Below are positions 13,500-26,678 of a stretch of 64,000 bases of DNA, one piece after another. This DNA is from Camelus ferus (taxonomy: Eukaryota): the NCBI RefSeq assembly GCF_009834535.1, contig NC_045697.1:61134001-61198000 (forward strand). Reading direction: 5' to 3'. The notes under the pieces are model-generated. The model was not told the origin of the DNA and did no database searches. It saw nothing but the letters and a program-made list of their open reading frames with translations. A program made the position numbers and the translations under genes. Each line of letters starts with the position of its first letter. The stretch's first letter is position 1.

Positions 13500-15246
13500 A
13501 TCAAAAAAGGATAAAATACTTAAGATTAAACTTAACCAAAGAGGTAAAAGACTTGCATAATGGAAACTACAAAATGTTGCTGAAAGAAATTAAAGATGAC
13601 ACAAATAAATGGAAAGACATCCTGTGCTCATAGACTGGAAGGCTTAATATTGTTAAGACGTCAACACTACTCAAAGCAACCTACAGATTTAATGAAATCC
13701 TCATAAAAATCCCAGGAGTGTTTTTTTTTTTTTCCAGAAGTAGAAAATTGCATCCTAAAATCCATGGAATCTCAAGGGACTAGTAATAGCAAAACAATCT
13801 TGAAAAAAAAAATTGGAAGTCTCATACTTCCCGATTTCAAAGCTTAGTATATATAAAGCTACAATAATCAAACAAAATGCTACTAGCATAAAGACAGACA
13901 CATAGACCAACAGAAAAGAATAGAGAGCCCAGATATACACATGCACATGTGTGGTCAAATAATTTTGACAGGGATGCCATGACATTTCCATGGAAAAAAC
14001 TGTCTCTTCAACAAATATGCTGGGAAAACTGGATATCCACATACAAAAGAATGAATTTGGGGGATCCTTACCTTAGCATATATAAAGATTACCTCAGAAT
14101 GGATTAAAGACTTAAATATTAGACCTAAAACTATGAAACTCTTAGTAGAAAATCTTGAGGGAAAAGCTTCATGACACTGAATTTGGCAATGATTTCTCGG
14201 ATGTGACACCAAAAAATATGACAGTGGTAAGAAAAGTAAATATAGATAAATTGGACTGCATGAAAACTTCTGTGCATCAAAGAATACAAAAGAGCAAAAA
14301 AAGCGGCCTACAGAAAGGGAGGAACTATTTGCAAATTATATCTTTTATAAAGGTTAATATCCAGAATAAATAAAGAACTCCTTTATCTCGCAACAAGAAA
14401 AACACAAACAACCCAAATAAAAGTGGGCAAAGATCTTGAATAAATATTTCTCCAAAGAAGATACACAAATGGCCAACAAGCACATGAAAAGATGTTCTAG
14501 TTCACTGGTCCCTAGGGACGTGCGAGTGGAAACCACAATGAAATACCACCTAATACCCAAGAGGACGGCGACTATTAAAAGAACAGAAAAGAACAACTTT
14601 TAGGAGAAACTAGAACACTTGTACACTGTTGGTAGAAATGTAAAGTTCAGCCACTATGGAAAACAATATGGTGGCACCTCAGAAAATTAAACATAGAATT
14701 TCTGTATGATCTAAATTTTTCATTTCTGGTATATATACGAAAGAACTGAAAACAGGGACTTAATTAGGTATTTATCAATACATAGCAACATTATTCACAA
14801 TAGCTAAAAGTTGGATGAAACTCAGGAGTTCATCAACAGATGATTGAATAAACAAAATGTGGCACGTACATACAATGGAAGAGTATTCAGCCTTAAAAAG
14901 GAAGGAAATTCTGACACACACTACAATATGGGTGAAACTTGAGGAAATTGTGCTATAGAATAAGCAAGTCACAAGTAAGACAAATACTGTATGATTTCAC
15001 TCATATGAGGTACCTAGAGTAGTCAGATTCATAGAAACAGAAATGAGAAGGGTGGTTACCAGGGTCTGGGGGTTGTGGGGAATGGAGAGTAGTTGTTTAA
15101 TCAGTACAGTTTGTTTGCAAGAAGAAAAGTGTTCTGGAGATTGGTTGCACAACAATGTGAATGTACTTAACACTATGGAACTGTACGCTAAAATTGCTTA
15201 AGATGGTAAATTTTATGTTATGTACATTTTACCACAATTGAAAAAT
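13500..15246 (+). mobile_element. L1MB-type LINE, 3' part of ORF2 plus 3' UTR, degenerate
   Basis: aaactacaaaatgttgctgaaagaaattaaagatgacacaaataaatggaaagacatcc (ENYKTLLKEI..D.NKWKDI region) through the L1MB-type end ggttgcacaacaatgtgaatgtacttaac...ttttaccacaattgaaaaa. Many stops and frameshifts. Confidence 0.9.
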
Positions 15247-15333
15247 ATATTCTAAAAGGATTCTAAAAAATTATTGATGATTTGTAAACAGTAGATTTTA
15301 TCTAGTGTTATACTATTATTTGAGGAAATGTAT

Positions 15334-15364
15334 ACACACACACATACACACACACACACACACA
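15334..15364. repeat. (CA)n microsatellite, one interruption
   Basis: Directly visible. Confidence 0.9.
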
Positions 15365-16369
15365 AGATACATGAAGTAAAAATGGAGTCATCAGGGAGAA
15401 ATCTATTCTTGGTTTATAGGAGGATCTGGGAAATTCTGAAGGAAAGTCAAAGTTTAATTCATTCAATATTGCTTTCACATAGGTTATTTGTTCATTTATA
15501 TACTTCTGCCCATCATCCAATTGTTTACTCGTATGGTACCAAACAGCTGCATATTTGGAAACATGCTACAAATGTTTTTGTCTCACTATCTATGGATTGA
15601 CAGGTAGACAGAAAACACATTTCAATTTTCTCTGCAATTTTGGCAGACTATATTAGAAGACCTATACTCAGAATATTTATATTTTACTTAAATGTCATGA
15701 CCTTATTTCTTTTCATAAATGGTGGTTGATCCTTAAGAATATATAATTCTGAACCAAACTAATTTTCATTAAAAGAATGCATGTATACATATGTTTTAAA
15801 GGCAATATTTACAATATTTGAGAGGATACTATAATTTCTAATTACATAACATCAACTGTCTTAAGAGAAAGAAATTGGAAATGTTGGGTTGGGATAAAGA
15901 AGGCATATATAATTCATGCTTTCATTATATACCTCTGTTATTGTTATAATGAGATTAACTTTTTAAAGAATCCATCATGATATGAAAAAAAAAACTTATT
16001 CAAAATATCCTTTCATCAACACTATACTTCTTTTTGATAACAATGTTTGTATTTTCTGGAAGAAAATTTTGCCTTTAATTCAAATGCAGAAATCCCTCAA
16101 CAAGATATTTGTAAGTGGAAGACGTACATAATTTTTATTCTTTGGGTTATTTTCCTACAAATGCGTTGAGCCTAATGCTATTGTGGTGACCTTCAATAAT
16201 GCATTAAATTTAAAACTCAAGAAAGCACAAATGTTTAAGTAATGTAGAAGTTCTGAGAGTAACAACAATTTTTCTAGCCTTAATTTTAGCTGGATTTAGG
16301 GCACTGGAAATCTAGTCACTAATAACGATAATAATATTTTGTATTTCTGGACCATTTTAAACTGTAGAG

Positions 16370-16550
16370 AGTCAATCATTTATTTTCATTGTATTCATAA
16401 AATAATCCTTGAAGTTTCTGTCATCATCCAAACTCTGTGATAAAAAAACCTGATAATAAGATGTTGGGTAACTTGCCAAAAGTCAAAGCCAGTGTGTGAC
16501 AGAGTTGAGAAGAAACTCAGAGGTATCTGAGTCTAATTCTAGTTTCTTTT
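16370..16550 (-). mobile_element. MIR fragment
   Basis: gggtaacttgccaaaagtcaaagccagtgtgtgacagagttgagaagaaactcagagg. Confidence 0.55.
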
Positions 16551-17234
16551 CTTGCTTCTGTCATATTTCAAAACTACATAGATGGCCATTTGTTGGGTTC
16601 TTGGAGCATACTCTAATTTTGCCAGTCTTTGCTTGATACTCTCTCTGCCCCAGAAAAGGAAAGTTGCTCTTTCTTCTGACAAAGTGGCATGCTGCCATTA
16701 CAACATCCTTTAATAAATAAACACATCTATTCAATGTCACAACAAATTAGAAAGTACTTATTTCTGTTCAGTGAGCCGGATGAAATCAATAATCACCAGG
16801 GAGTTGCCACTATAATTCATTAGAACCGTTCAGTGGGCCTCAGTAATCAGCTCAGAGAATGGAGCCAAAGTCCAGATTCACTGGGGAGAGAAAGTTAAGA
16901 TCAAGTGTCTCAGCTCAAGTGAAAATACTATCTAGTAATCATTGCATTACAGACTTTCACACTTTAAAGAGCTGAATTTCCTTCTCAATAATGAAAGAAA
17001 TGGTTCCAGAATCACCCACTAATTTTGAGAACAAAACCTAACATTTAAAAAAAAATTTTTAAATCATAATATAAGCTGAACAAGATAATGGCAAGGTTTT
17101 TTGAAAGGTATTATGATATTCTGGTCTTTTTGGCCCCCCAAGTCCATCTCATTGGTCACAATTCAACAGCTCCTCCCTTGTCTATTTCATGACTTATTAC
17201 ATTCAGTTTCCTCTCTCAAAATCTCCTTTTCTCT

Positions 17235-17575
17235 TCCACTTTAATGTTGGCAGCTTTAGGGCACATTCCTTGATTATGTTGTTTTCTCTATACCTAAATT
17301 CATTTTTTGAGTGGTATTATTCAGCTTCATAGTTTAAAATAACATTCAAATGGCCATAAATCCTGAATTTATGTGTTGATTCCAGATTGTCTGCTGAGCT
17401 CTGGACTCAGATATCTAATTTGCCATGACACACTGGCATCTCCATTTGGATGTCTAAAAAAATTTCAGACTCCGTATGTCCAGACCTGAATCCCTCATTT
17501 CCCCCTAAAGCCACTCTGCTCAACCATCTCAGTTGATAGCAACTCCATCCTTTAGTTGTTCTGATTCCCAGGCTC
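17235..17575. mobile_element. L2 fragment
   Basis: ctgctgagctctggactcagatatctaatttgcc...catctccatttggatgtcta...cagactccgtatgtccagacctgaatccctcat. Confidence 0.7.
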
Positions 17576-19423
17576 CAGAATCGTAATTTTGCAGTGGTGC
17601 TATCTAGATCTCCCAGGTCCAAAAAAGGACTGTATGATATATATGAAGAACATTTTTTAATTTGTTTTTGTAGGTTTTTAAAAAATTCCATTTGCCTAAC
17701 ACAATAATCTGCTCATAATAATTTATTTGACTGAAGTCCTTTCAGAGAATTTTTGGGCACTGGTTTTATTTCAGTAAGAAATGTTTAACGAAGAAATTCT
17801 TAATGCCATTAGGTCTACAGACTTTCTATTTGTCCTGCTGTCTAAGAAACATTCTCAGAATTAAGTTCAGGATATCCACTACCTGCTCTTCTTTGGTGGG
17901 GGTGTAACAAAAAGGTGTTCCTTGTCCTGAATACATTTAGTTGCACTCAGTGTAACTAAAATGAGGACAAATTTAAAGGAATCTCTAGAGGCCAGAAGTT
18001 TCAGCATCATCCAGGCCAGATATGAGACACCCTGACATAGGAAATACAATTATGAATTACAAGTTTGAGACATTGGTAAAGCAAAGCCCCAAATCTTATG
18101 CAAGATAAGGACAAAGCAGAAAGAGGAAGGTTAATCCAGGAAGGTATTCATTCCTTCAGCAGCGGCATTGAAGAGCAATTGAGTGACTTCCCACTTTCCA
18201 GTACTCTCAAGCATCACTAACATAAATCAATATGTCATCAACAAAATGCAACCCATATTAAGTACTAGTTGAAATGATCTGGTTACATGTTCAATGCCTG
18301 GGAAAAATTTAGAAAGTACTATTTGGGTTTAAATCACGTGGAATCCAAAATATTTTCATTGTACTGTCAAGTTTCTTTTCCTTTTAGTATGGAAATTACA
18401 ACAATTATCATTTAAAGAAATATTTTTTAAAGATATCTTCTAGTTTTCCCAAATTAAAAAAAAATGACATGTAAGAACTTCAATTTTACTTTTTTGAAGT
18501 ATTTAATATGCATTAATTTATGTAATATGGTCCTGCATTGCCATGCATTTTCTTTATAAACATCTAAATATAATCAATTTTAAAATAACAATAAATACAA
18601 AATACATATTTTAAAACATAATTATTTGAAACATATAAAAATACTTTTGTGACTTTTTGTAACTGAATAGATGGAAATGTATTTTATTAACGTTTTTAGT
18701 GTTTATTTGAAAATCTAAGCTCATAGTTGCAATGCAGGAAAATAGTATAAAATAAAATTTGTTTTGAATTAAAACAACTCTACATTGGAATGTTTTAGAT
18801 TAGTTCACTCTGTCAGTTCAACTAATTTTGTACTCCTATGTCAATATGTTCACTAGAAGAAATTTGGTCCCACAGATGAAAAGCTCAACTCCAGCCTTGC
18901 CTTTTCTCAAATTCTCGCATTCAGTTTTTCAGAATAGTCTGAATTAATGAGTCATTTTTATGATAAAACTCTGAAAGAAACATTAAAATGATAAATGTAT
19001 CGCAAACTTAGGAGAGAGCTGGTGTCGTAAAAAAAACAACAACAATACTTCTAATAATAAATAATTCTCTCAACTGCTGAATTTTCTGCTCAATACCTTC
19101 TCAGGAAGATGTCAGAATGAAGCATTAAAGGTTGCTCAACTCCATCAGAATGGAATAGAGTGGCAATCTCAAGGAGAAAGGAACTGGAAGAATCAGTAAA
19201 GCTCCGCAGGATGGCCCCACAGAGAGTGGAATGGAATTAGCAGTAGGAGCACATAGGACAGAATAGATGTTTTAAATTTATTTTTCATTTAGTTCTCACA
19301 ACAAAACTAGATGTGATTTTTCTCAATGTAAGGGCGAAGAGAACATGGTTTAAAAAGTTTTAATGACTTAAAAAATAAGAATTATAATTTGCTAAGCCAA
19401 GTTTAAAACCAAGATCTGTCAGA

Positions 19424-19612
19424 ACCAGCTGCTCAGAGTGTGGTCCATGGAGCCACTGGGTTTCGTATCAGCAGGGGAGCTTGTTGGAAAAGCCCACCTT
19501 GGCCCCAACTCAGAGGTACTGAGTCAGTCTGTAGGGGTGGCATTCAGAAATTGGTTTAAAGAAACTCTCTGAGAGGTTCAAATGTAAACCACAGTTTTAG
19601 AAGGCAATGCCC
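19424..19612. mobile_element. MER5A-like hAT DNA transposon, inside a MIR-like remnant
   Basis: ctcagagtgtggtccatgga...ggggagcttgttggaaaagc...ggccccaactcagaggtactgagtcagtctg...cacagttttagaaggcaatg. Confidence 0.7.
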
Positions 19613-22600
19613 TATACTACACGGGGACTTGAAATTGGGCTTCATTTATCATATTTACAACAATGTGTCCTTGTACAAACCACTCTATATATCATTTTAT
19701 CCTCTTTATAATGGTGAAAAAAAATCCTCCATGCCTTTCCTATACAATCTTTCAAAGAGAATAGTGTATCCTGCAAAGTATTATAAAATATAAATATTGA
19801 AATATATTTCTATCATCAATCATAATTAGCATAGCCATTTTCATGTCAACATGTATGAAATATATGAAGTTAAAATTCTCTAAAGAAAGAAGCTGAAATG
19901 TCATCCCCCAATCTTGTTATTTCATCTCTTTTGTCAAGAGTTCTTAGCAATTGCCCCTGACCATGATAGTAACTGATGGCCTTGTAAACACGATTATCTC
20001 TTTTGAGGGTCTGCTTTTCCAACTTTAGAAACAATTAGCTTCCTTCAGTTATTAAATTCAACATTGAAATAGAAACTTTTTTTTTAGGAGAATAAGATTT
20101 TTAGATCTGAACAAAGTCTGCTTCTACATAAAGGGCAGTGCAAAGTTAAAATTGAAACTCGTCATTCATATTTTAATTTAACAGAAGGTTTGAGCCAGCT
20201 GTCGGGGCTAAATGTCAAGCATTCTGAAATTGATCTGTCAGTGACAGATTAAGTTTGTAGAAATAGGAGTTGGTGCTTTGTCTCACAAGGGTTAAGTCTC
20301 TCCCTAATTCTCTTCCATAATTATTTCATAACATGAGTTTGTGAATGTGTATGTGTGCGTACAAGTGCATGAATAATGCATAAGCATATTATGTTTTTAG
20401 AAACTTATAAATGAGGATAATTTTGAAATAGAGACAGTTACACTTTCTGAAGATCGACTGTGTATCTTCTTACTGTTTTTCTCAAATCTAGAATTTTGCA
20501 TTAATCCCTCCCAATATTTCTCAAATTAGCAAATGTGATCCCCTTCTCTCTTAGGTTTTTTTTTTTTTTTTTTAATAACAGACAAAGCACACAGTTGCGG
20601 GTATACACATTGCATGCCAAACCAAACATAAGCTTGAATCAAACATTTTAAACTTTTTCAATGTGTTGGACTGTATTAAGAGGAATAATCTGCATATCTA
20701 AACCTTAACCAATCAGTCTAATCACAGAGTTCACTATTATTATTTAAACAGTGATTTTAAAATAGATTTTAAGCTTGTTCAAACAGTTCAGTTTGGGAAA
20801 TATTTGAAAAAGGCACTTGTCTCAAATATTACATATTTAATTTACTCTTTTAAAATATGATCAAAGAATATTAAGTTTTTATTTGTTTCTGTTAATAAAT
20901 TATGTTATTTATATGATGGTAAAATTTTGCTTTATAACAAGGTAAATAGTTCCTCAAAATAATTAATTTGCGGCAAGTCTGTTTCTCTCCTGCACATGCA
21001 TGCATTTTCTCTGTCTCTTTTTTCTTAAAAAGAATCTTTGACACTTCAGATATATTTAATCAAGTAACAGTTAATACAATATTTTCCAATAATTGAAAAA
21101 TTATTCTTATGAACTTTGGGCCCTTTGTGGTTTCTATGTCCATGTAGTCTGTAATACTTAGGCTCCATGTTTCTGAGAACTTGAGTTAGACTTTGTGCAG
21201 CAATATGATTGAATATTGAGGCAGTTTGTGAATGTCCTTAAAATAAAAGAAAAAAAGTAGTTGTCATGGGATGCTCTATGAGAACTGGACTCTCAGATGT
21301 CAGTGGGAAGAGACCCTGGAGTACCATGTCAATTACTTGCAAGTTTCAGTATCACTGCCGAGTTTCTGCACACCACGGGCACTTCCCTTAGATCAGAGAA
21401 AGGGGTATAGTTCCTGGATTTTCAAAACAGTTTCCTAGATGTTTCACTTACTCTCTAGGAGTAAAGACAATAAAATGTGCTTTTATACCTCCTCCCTAGG
21501 ATGAGAATTTCCAACGTAGAGGTGCCCCCATGGTAAAAGGGAAGTTTTCCTTGAAGAGGGAAAGGACATCCCTATCTGATTAAGATGCTTTCAAACTTAC
21601 ATTTCTCTGATCCATTCATTTTCCCCTAGATTTTACAAGGTGAAAATAAGTAAAGTAAATTGTTTTTACTGATGCACTTGCCTTGAAATCCTTGAAATAA
21701 GATGGAATGATGTGAAAATAGGGATGAAAACATATTTTGGATACATAGACAAAATTCTGAAGATGCGATAAAAATGTGATGTGTGGTCTGGCTGGCAGGG
21801 CAGAAATATGAGATAAAGAGATGAAAAATTGCTCCAGAGATAAGTTGGGGTCTTGAGTTTTAAAAGCTGAGTGTGATAAAGTTGAGCGAATATTACATTT
21901 AGGTTACTCCTCCTCCTCCTCCCCAACTCTATTGAAGGAGAGATTAATCCCTCAAAGAGAACATTGCTAACACTTCAAAAATCCAATTTGTGAACAATGT
22001 TCAAGTGTCTGAGAACACACATTTATAATCTTAACAACCTAGTCACTCTAAACTTGGAGGAAACTGCCATTCATTTTCAAATATCAGAAGATGTCATACC
22101 CTGAGGAGAAAATTAACATCAGAAAGAAAAAAAAATGATGAAAAATTGAAGAAAGAAGAGTAAAAGATATGGTACTTCTGTTCCCCTGACAATAATGTTT
22201 AGCTGGCTGGTACTAGAGCAAATATTTTGGATTTAATATTTTAGTTGGAAGACTTAATGATTTTTTCATGCTCTTTATTAAATACTTAAGGATATAGAGA
22301 AGGTCTGCTTCAAGGCAGATGGAAATGGTAGGAGAAAAGTCTCAAAAGAAAAATAATAAGTATGTTTTGTATGTGAAGTATGGGTCTCATACACTAAAAT
22401 CCATCTTCTCAAAACATAAAATTAAAATACTCAATTGAAACAGACTTGTAAAAATTATTATTAATGTCAGGAAGTTTTCATTTTCTCATCTATAAAATGA
22501 TAATAACAGTTATCACAGTTTCTATGAAGCTTAATGAGAAAATCATAAAAGTTGTAGCAGAGTTCGTGGCACAGACTAGGGACTTGTTAAATGTCGGTTA

Positions 22601-23359
22601 TCCTAGTACCAGGACTTCAAAGAACATCTTAACTATTACAAATATTAATCTAGATAATAATAATTTATACTGCTTTTATTGGTATTCTATTTTTATATAT
22701 CCTATTAATAACTCCTTCTCTTTGCTTGATTACTTGCACATAAGAACCTAAATACAAGAGAGATGTTTTATCCTTGCTTTTCCTTACATTTGCTACAATA
22801 ATCTATGTCACAAAACCTCCCAAGAAATGCTGTCAAACAGCTAAAATTTAGGAAAAATAATACACCAATCATTTTCTTTGATTAAAAAATTATAATAAAA
22901 CACATGAAGAAATTATTTGACAAAATACTCTCCTGAAGCCTGTGTTAGCACATATAAAACAGTCAATATTAAAGGAAAAAGTGTTACCTGTGTTACAAAG
23001 GGTTTATTTTAGTTAAAAAAATAATTGGGCACAATGTTTACTTGACAATTTAACATAAGGCACAAAGTGTCATTAGTTATTAATTCCATTACTTCCCTGT
23101 ATGGTTTAATTTGAGCACTCACACTCTGTAAGGCATTTGTATTTTGAAAGTCTGATGAAAGGAATTGTGGTACGCGTTAAAAAAGAACTATAATTTTAAA
23201 AAAGATTCTTAAGTTAATAACTAGACCTACCCTAAGCAATAAGTAAATAAATAAAATAAAAGGAGGAATTAGTGAAATGATAGAAAAAAAAGCAATGGTT
23301 ACTTCCAAGGGATACGAATCAGGAAATAAAAAACCAGAATGATTTCCTCCCGTACGGTT

Positions 23360-23630
23360 GGCTCTGCTTCTAATATTTGCCTCAGTTTTCAAGACTACAG
23401 ACTACATCATTTCCCACTCTCATGGTTGAGGATGGACACCCCACAGTTCCTGAGTTTACAATTTATAATTCCAGCTCGCACACAGAGACTCAACAGTGTC
23501 CCTGAATCCCAACCCAGAGTTCTCAGGGACAGAATATGATCGGCCCAGCATGAGGTAGCAGTTATCTCTTCTGATTAATTGTGGCTAAAATGACAGTGTC
23601 ACATAGGACAGCAATAGCACTTAATCCCTG
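23360..23630 (-). mobile_element. Old MaLR LTR fragment (MLT1J/K-like)
   Basis: cagggacagaatatgatcggcccagcatgaggtag...ctgattaattgtggc...gtcacatagga. Confidence 0.45.
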
Positions 23631-25221
23631 GGGGTTAGGGAGGCAACTCTCAGCAGTAAGAGGTCATTGTGAAATGGAAAAATATCCTCAAATGTAGCTG
23701 TAGAATCCAGTATTATTCTTGAGACTGAATTGTCAGTGGTTTGGCCTGTACTAGCTGCCTTCCAGAAACTCATGTTCATGTCAAATGATTTCCAGTGTAA
23801 GATTCTCTTTGAAATGTGCCCTGTGACCACACTGCACATAGTGATCTCATTTCTCCCCACAGTCCAATAAATGTTTGGAAATCTTTTGCCATTCTTCATG
23901 AGACCTATTGAGTAAAGGCGAACTGAGAAACGAAACTAAATTTTCTTGATGGGATTTCTGCATTGCCATTTGTTCAGCATGGTTTATAGATGCTGATTAA
24001 CAATGCTATTTATGTTTCACCAGCAGGATTCCAGGTATGCTTGATGCATAACAAAAGATGCAATGATTTGGTTAGCCTAAAAGTCAATTCAATGAGAAAT
24101 ATAATAGCAGGTCAGTTGTATGCTATTATAGAGAGAGACCAATAAAAGGAACAACAGCCACAAAAATCAGCTGAGTGGCTGACTGAATATTTTTTAAACA
24201 ATGAGTTGGAATGATGTCGAGACAATTATAGAGTTAGAATTGGGGCATGTCCTAGTTAAAATTCTGAGGTGTCTGTCACATGATTCCACTTTAACTGTCA
24301 TGATTCTCTGTGCATCTTTTTAAGCCCTTCCACTTTTTTTGTGTGCATTGTCTTCATTCTGCCACACCAGTAATAGAGGAAGTTGAATTGTACTGGGTAG
24401 TCTGATGACGTGAGACTTACTGCGTTCCCACAGTAACTAAAACTGATCTGAGGTACACTCACTTGCCCCTCTCTGAAATGGAAAAGATGAGCAATTGAGC
24501 AAGATAGCCTCAAATCCACTTGGATATCAAAGTCTGAGAAAATTTAGATTCATTCATATTTATGATTTTAGGCTAATTGCTAAGTGCTGCATTTGGCTTT
24601 TGGTAAGAATAGCGTTGACGATTTCTCTGAGAATCAGGGGAGTACTTTTTGCCTCTAGGAATAGTAATGACTGTTGAAAAGCTGCATATGTTTTTGACAC
24701 TAGAGGTAGCTGACAACAGTTAAACAGGATAATCCTCCTGGGAATATTTACATTTCCAAAGAAGAAGCTGGGGAAGAAGACAATTAACCCAAGACATTAG
24801 AGACTGCATGTGAATGATATGTGATGGTGGCCACCCTATGGAGTATTTGGGCACAGGGCTGCTCCCACTCTGTTTATATCAACCTACATAACTGACACAT
24901 AATGTTTCAAATGCTTACAAAATAAAACTCACCACTTATTAAATTTTTCTCTTTGTATTTTATAACAGCAATCTTAGTATATTAAGGCTTATAATAGATT
25001 CTTCAATCATATCTAAGTTTGAATTGGTATTTTAGTGTAAAGACATTGCTTACAATGCTAAATTTAATTACTCCAAAAATCATCTTTGGGATGACTATGT
25101 CTGAGCATAAAATCAGACAGATATTTGTATATACATCGTAGTTACTTTTGTTTCTCTGCTTTTGCGACTTCAGAATTAGAGACTATTCTCTGATTTTTCC
25201 ATATAGAAGCTGTGACAGTCA

Positions 25222-25700
25222 TGTCGACTGAAATAAATGCACAGCCTAAAAGTTGAGAGTTATGTTTTATTTGGCAGGAGGACTTGAGCTGGGATGACAG
25301 CCTCTCAGATCGCTCTGAGGGACTGCTCCGAAGAGGTAGGGGAGAAGCTAGGATACCTAAGAGCTTTACAACAAAGACCAGGTAGTTGGAACAATAAAAG
25401 ATTACTTGTTACCTAAAGAAAACCAGGCATCTCAAGTTAAAGAAGTTAGTGCTTTTCTATGTATGGGAGGAAGCAAACATTTGGGCTCATTGAATCCGCT
25501 CCTTTGACAAGCACCTAGCTGTCTAGGGCCAGTATCCTGTCCTTTCTTATTCTGAGTCTGCTCAGAGTGCGCCATTGTGAGTGGCTGCAGAGGCTGGGCT
25601 GCAGGCTTGTCTTCACTGGGGGGTGGCGGCAGCGGCTGATGACTTGATGGTTTCAGCATTTTCTGTTTACTGATATGGTTTGCAGTGTTTTTCGTTCACA
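25222..25700 (-). mobile_element. ERV1 solo LTR, MER41-like (artiodactyl type)
   Basis: TG...CA termini with a perfect TSD GTCA (25218-25221, 25701-25704). The end tgtcgactgaaataaatgcacagcctaaaagttgagagttatgttttatttgg resembles cetartiodactyl MER41-like LTRs. Confidence 0.88.
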
Positions 25701-26054
25701 GTCAATATAGTTCTTCTCAGTTCTAAGTGCATGCTTTTTTGAGATGCTTTTTGCGATGATGATTCTGAGGCTGAATTCTGTCAACATTTCTCTTCTGCTA
25801 ACAACAGCACTGTTAGGCCTTTTCATAGAGGATGGAGGAGGGTCCTTGTGAGGCTATGGCATCTTTAGCCTACCCACACTCTCCTGATCCTTGACCCCTT
25901 CGGTCCTCCCCTATTCCTTCTGCCAGGTTTCTCTGCCTCTGATAGACAGTGTTTCTGCGGCAGCCACACATTCTCCTGCAAGTTCAGAATCTCTTGTTTG
26001 ATGGAGGTGGGGTCAGAGGATGTTTCCCTAAGGTTTTAGTCTCTTCCTTGCTCA

Positions 26055-26678
26055 TGATGCAGGAAAACAGATGTGGGGCATGAGGAGGGCCGTGTCCCAG
26101 GCTTCGGTTGAGCCCCTGGAACGTGCCGGGCCATGCGTGGGTCCTTGGCTTCGCGCAGGAAAGAATTCAAGAGCGAGCCACAGTTGAGTAAAAGTAGATT
26201 TATTCAGAGAGATACATTGAAAGGCAAGAGAAAGGCCACAAGGTGTGGGGGTGGGTGCTCAGATTAAAAGTAGGTACACACTCCATAGACAGAGTGCAGG
26301 CCATCTCTGAATGGAGAGAGAGGCAGGCGTGAGGCACCATGTTGCCAGTTTTTATGGGCTTAGTGGCTTTATAAGCTAGTAAGTGGAAGGACCAGTCTAA
26401 GTATCCTGGGGAAGGGGCTGGGATTCCCAGGAAGTTGGCCATTTCATACTCTTTGACCTTGTGTGGCTAGCCTTGGGACTGCCATGGTGCCTGGGGGCAT
26501 GTTATTCACCATGCTAACATATTACAATGGGCGTATAATGAAGCTCAAGGTCTGTTAGAAGTTAAATCTCCCATCATCTTGAGCCTCAAGGCCTACTAGG
26601 GGTTGAATCTTTCACTATTTTGATGTTAATTGCTGTGGCATTCCTTGAATGGCTGTGCCCTGCCCCCTTCCTGTCTCA
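26055..26678 (-). mobile_element. Young ERV1 solo LTR
   Basis: TG...CA termini with TSD CTCA (26051-26054, 26679-26682). CpG-rich. Minus-strand AATAAA near 26200. Confidence 0.9.

Noticed and set aside
13755..14972. Cluster of hydrophobic ORFs resembling membrane proteins
   Set aside because: Antisense and off-frame readings of a degenerate L1.
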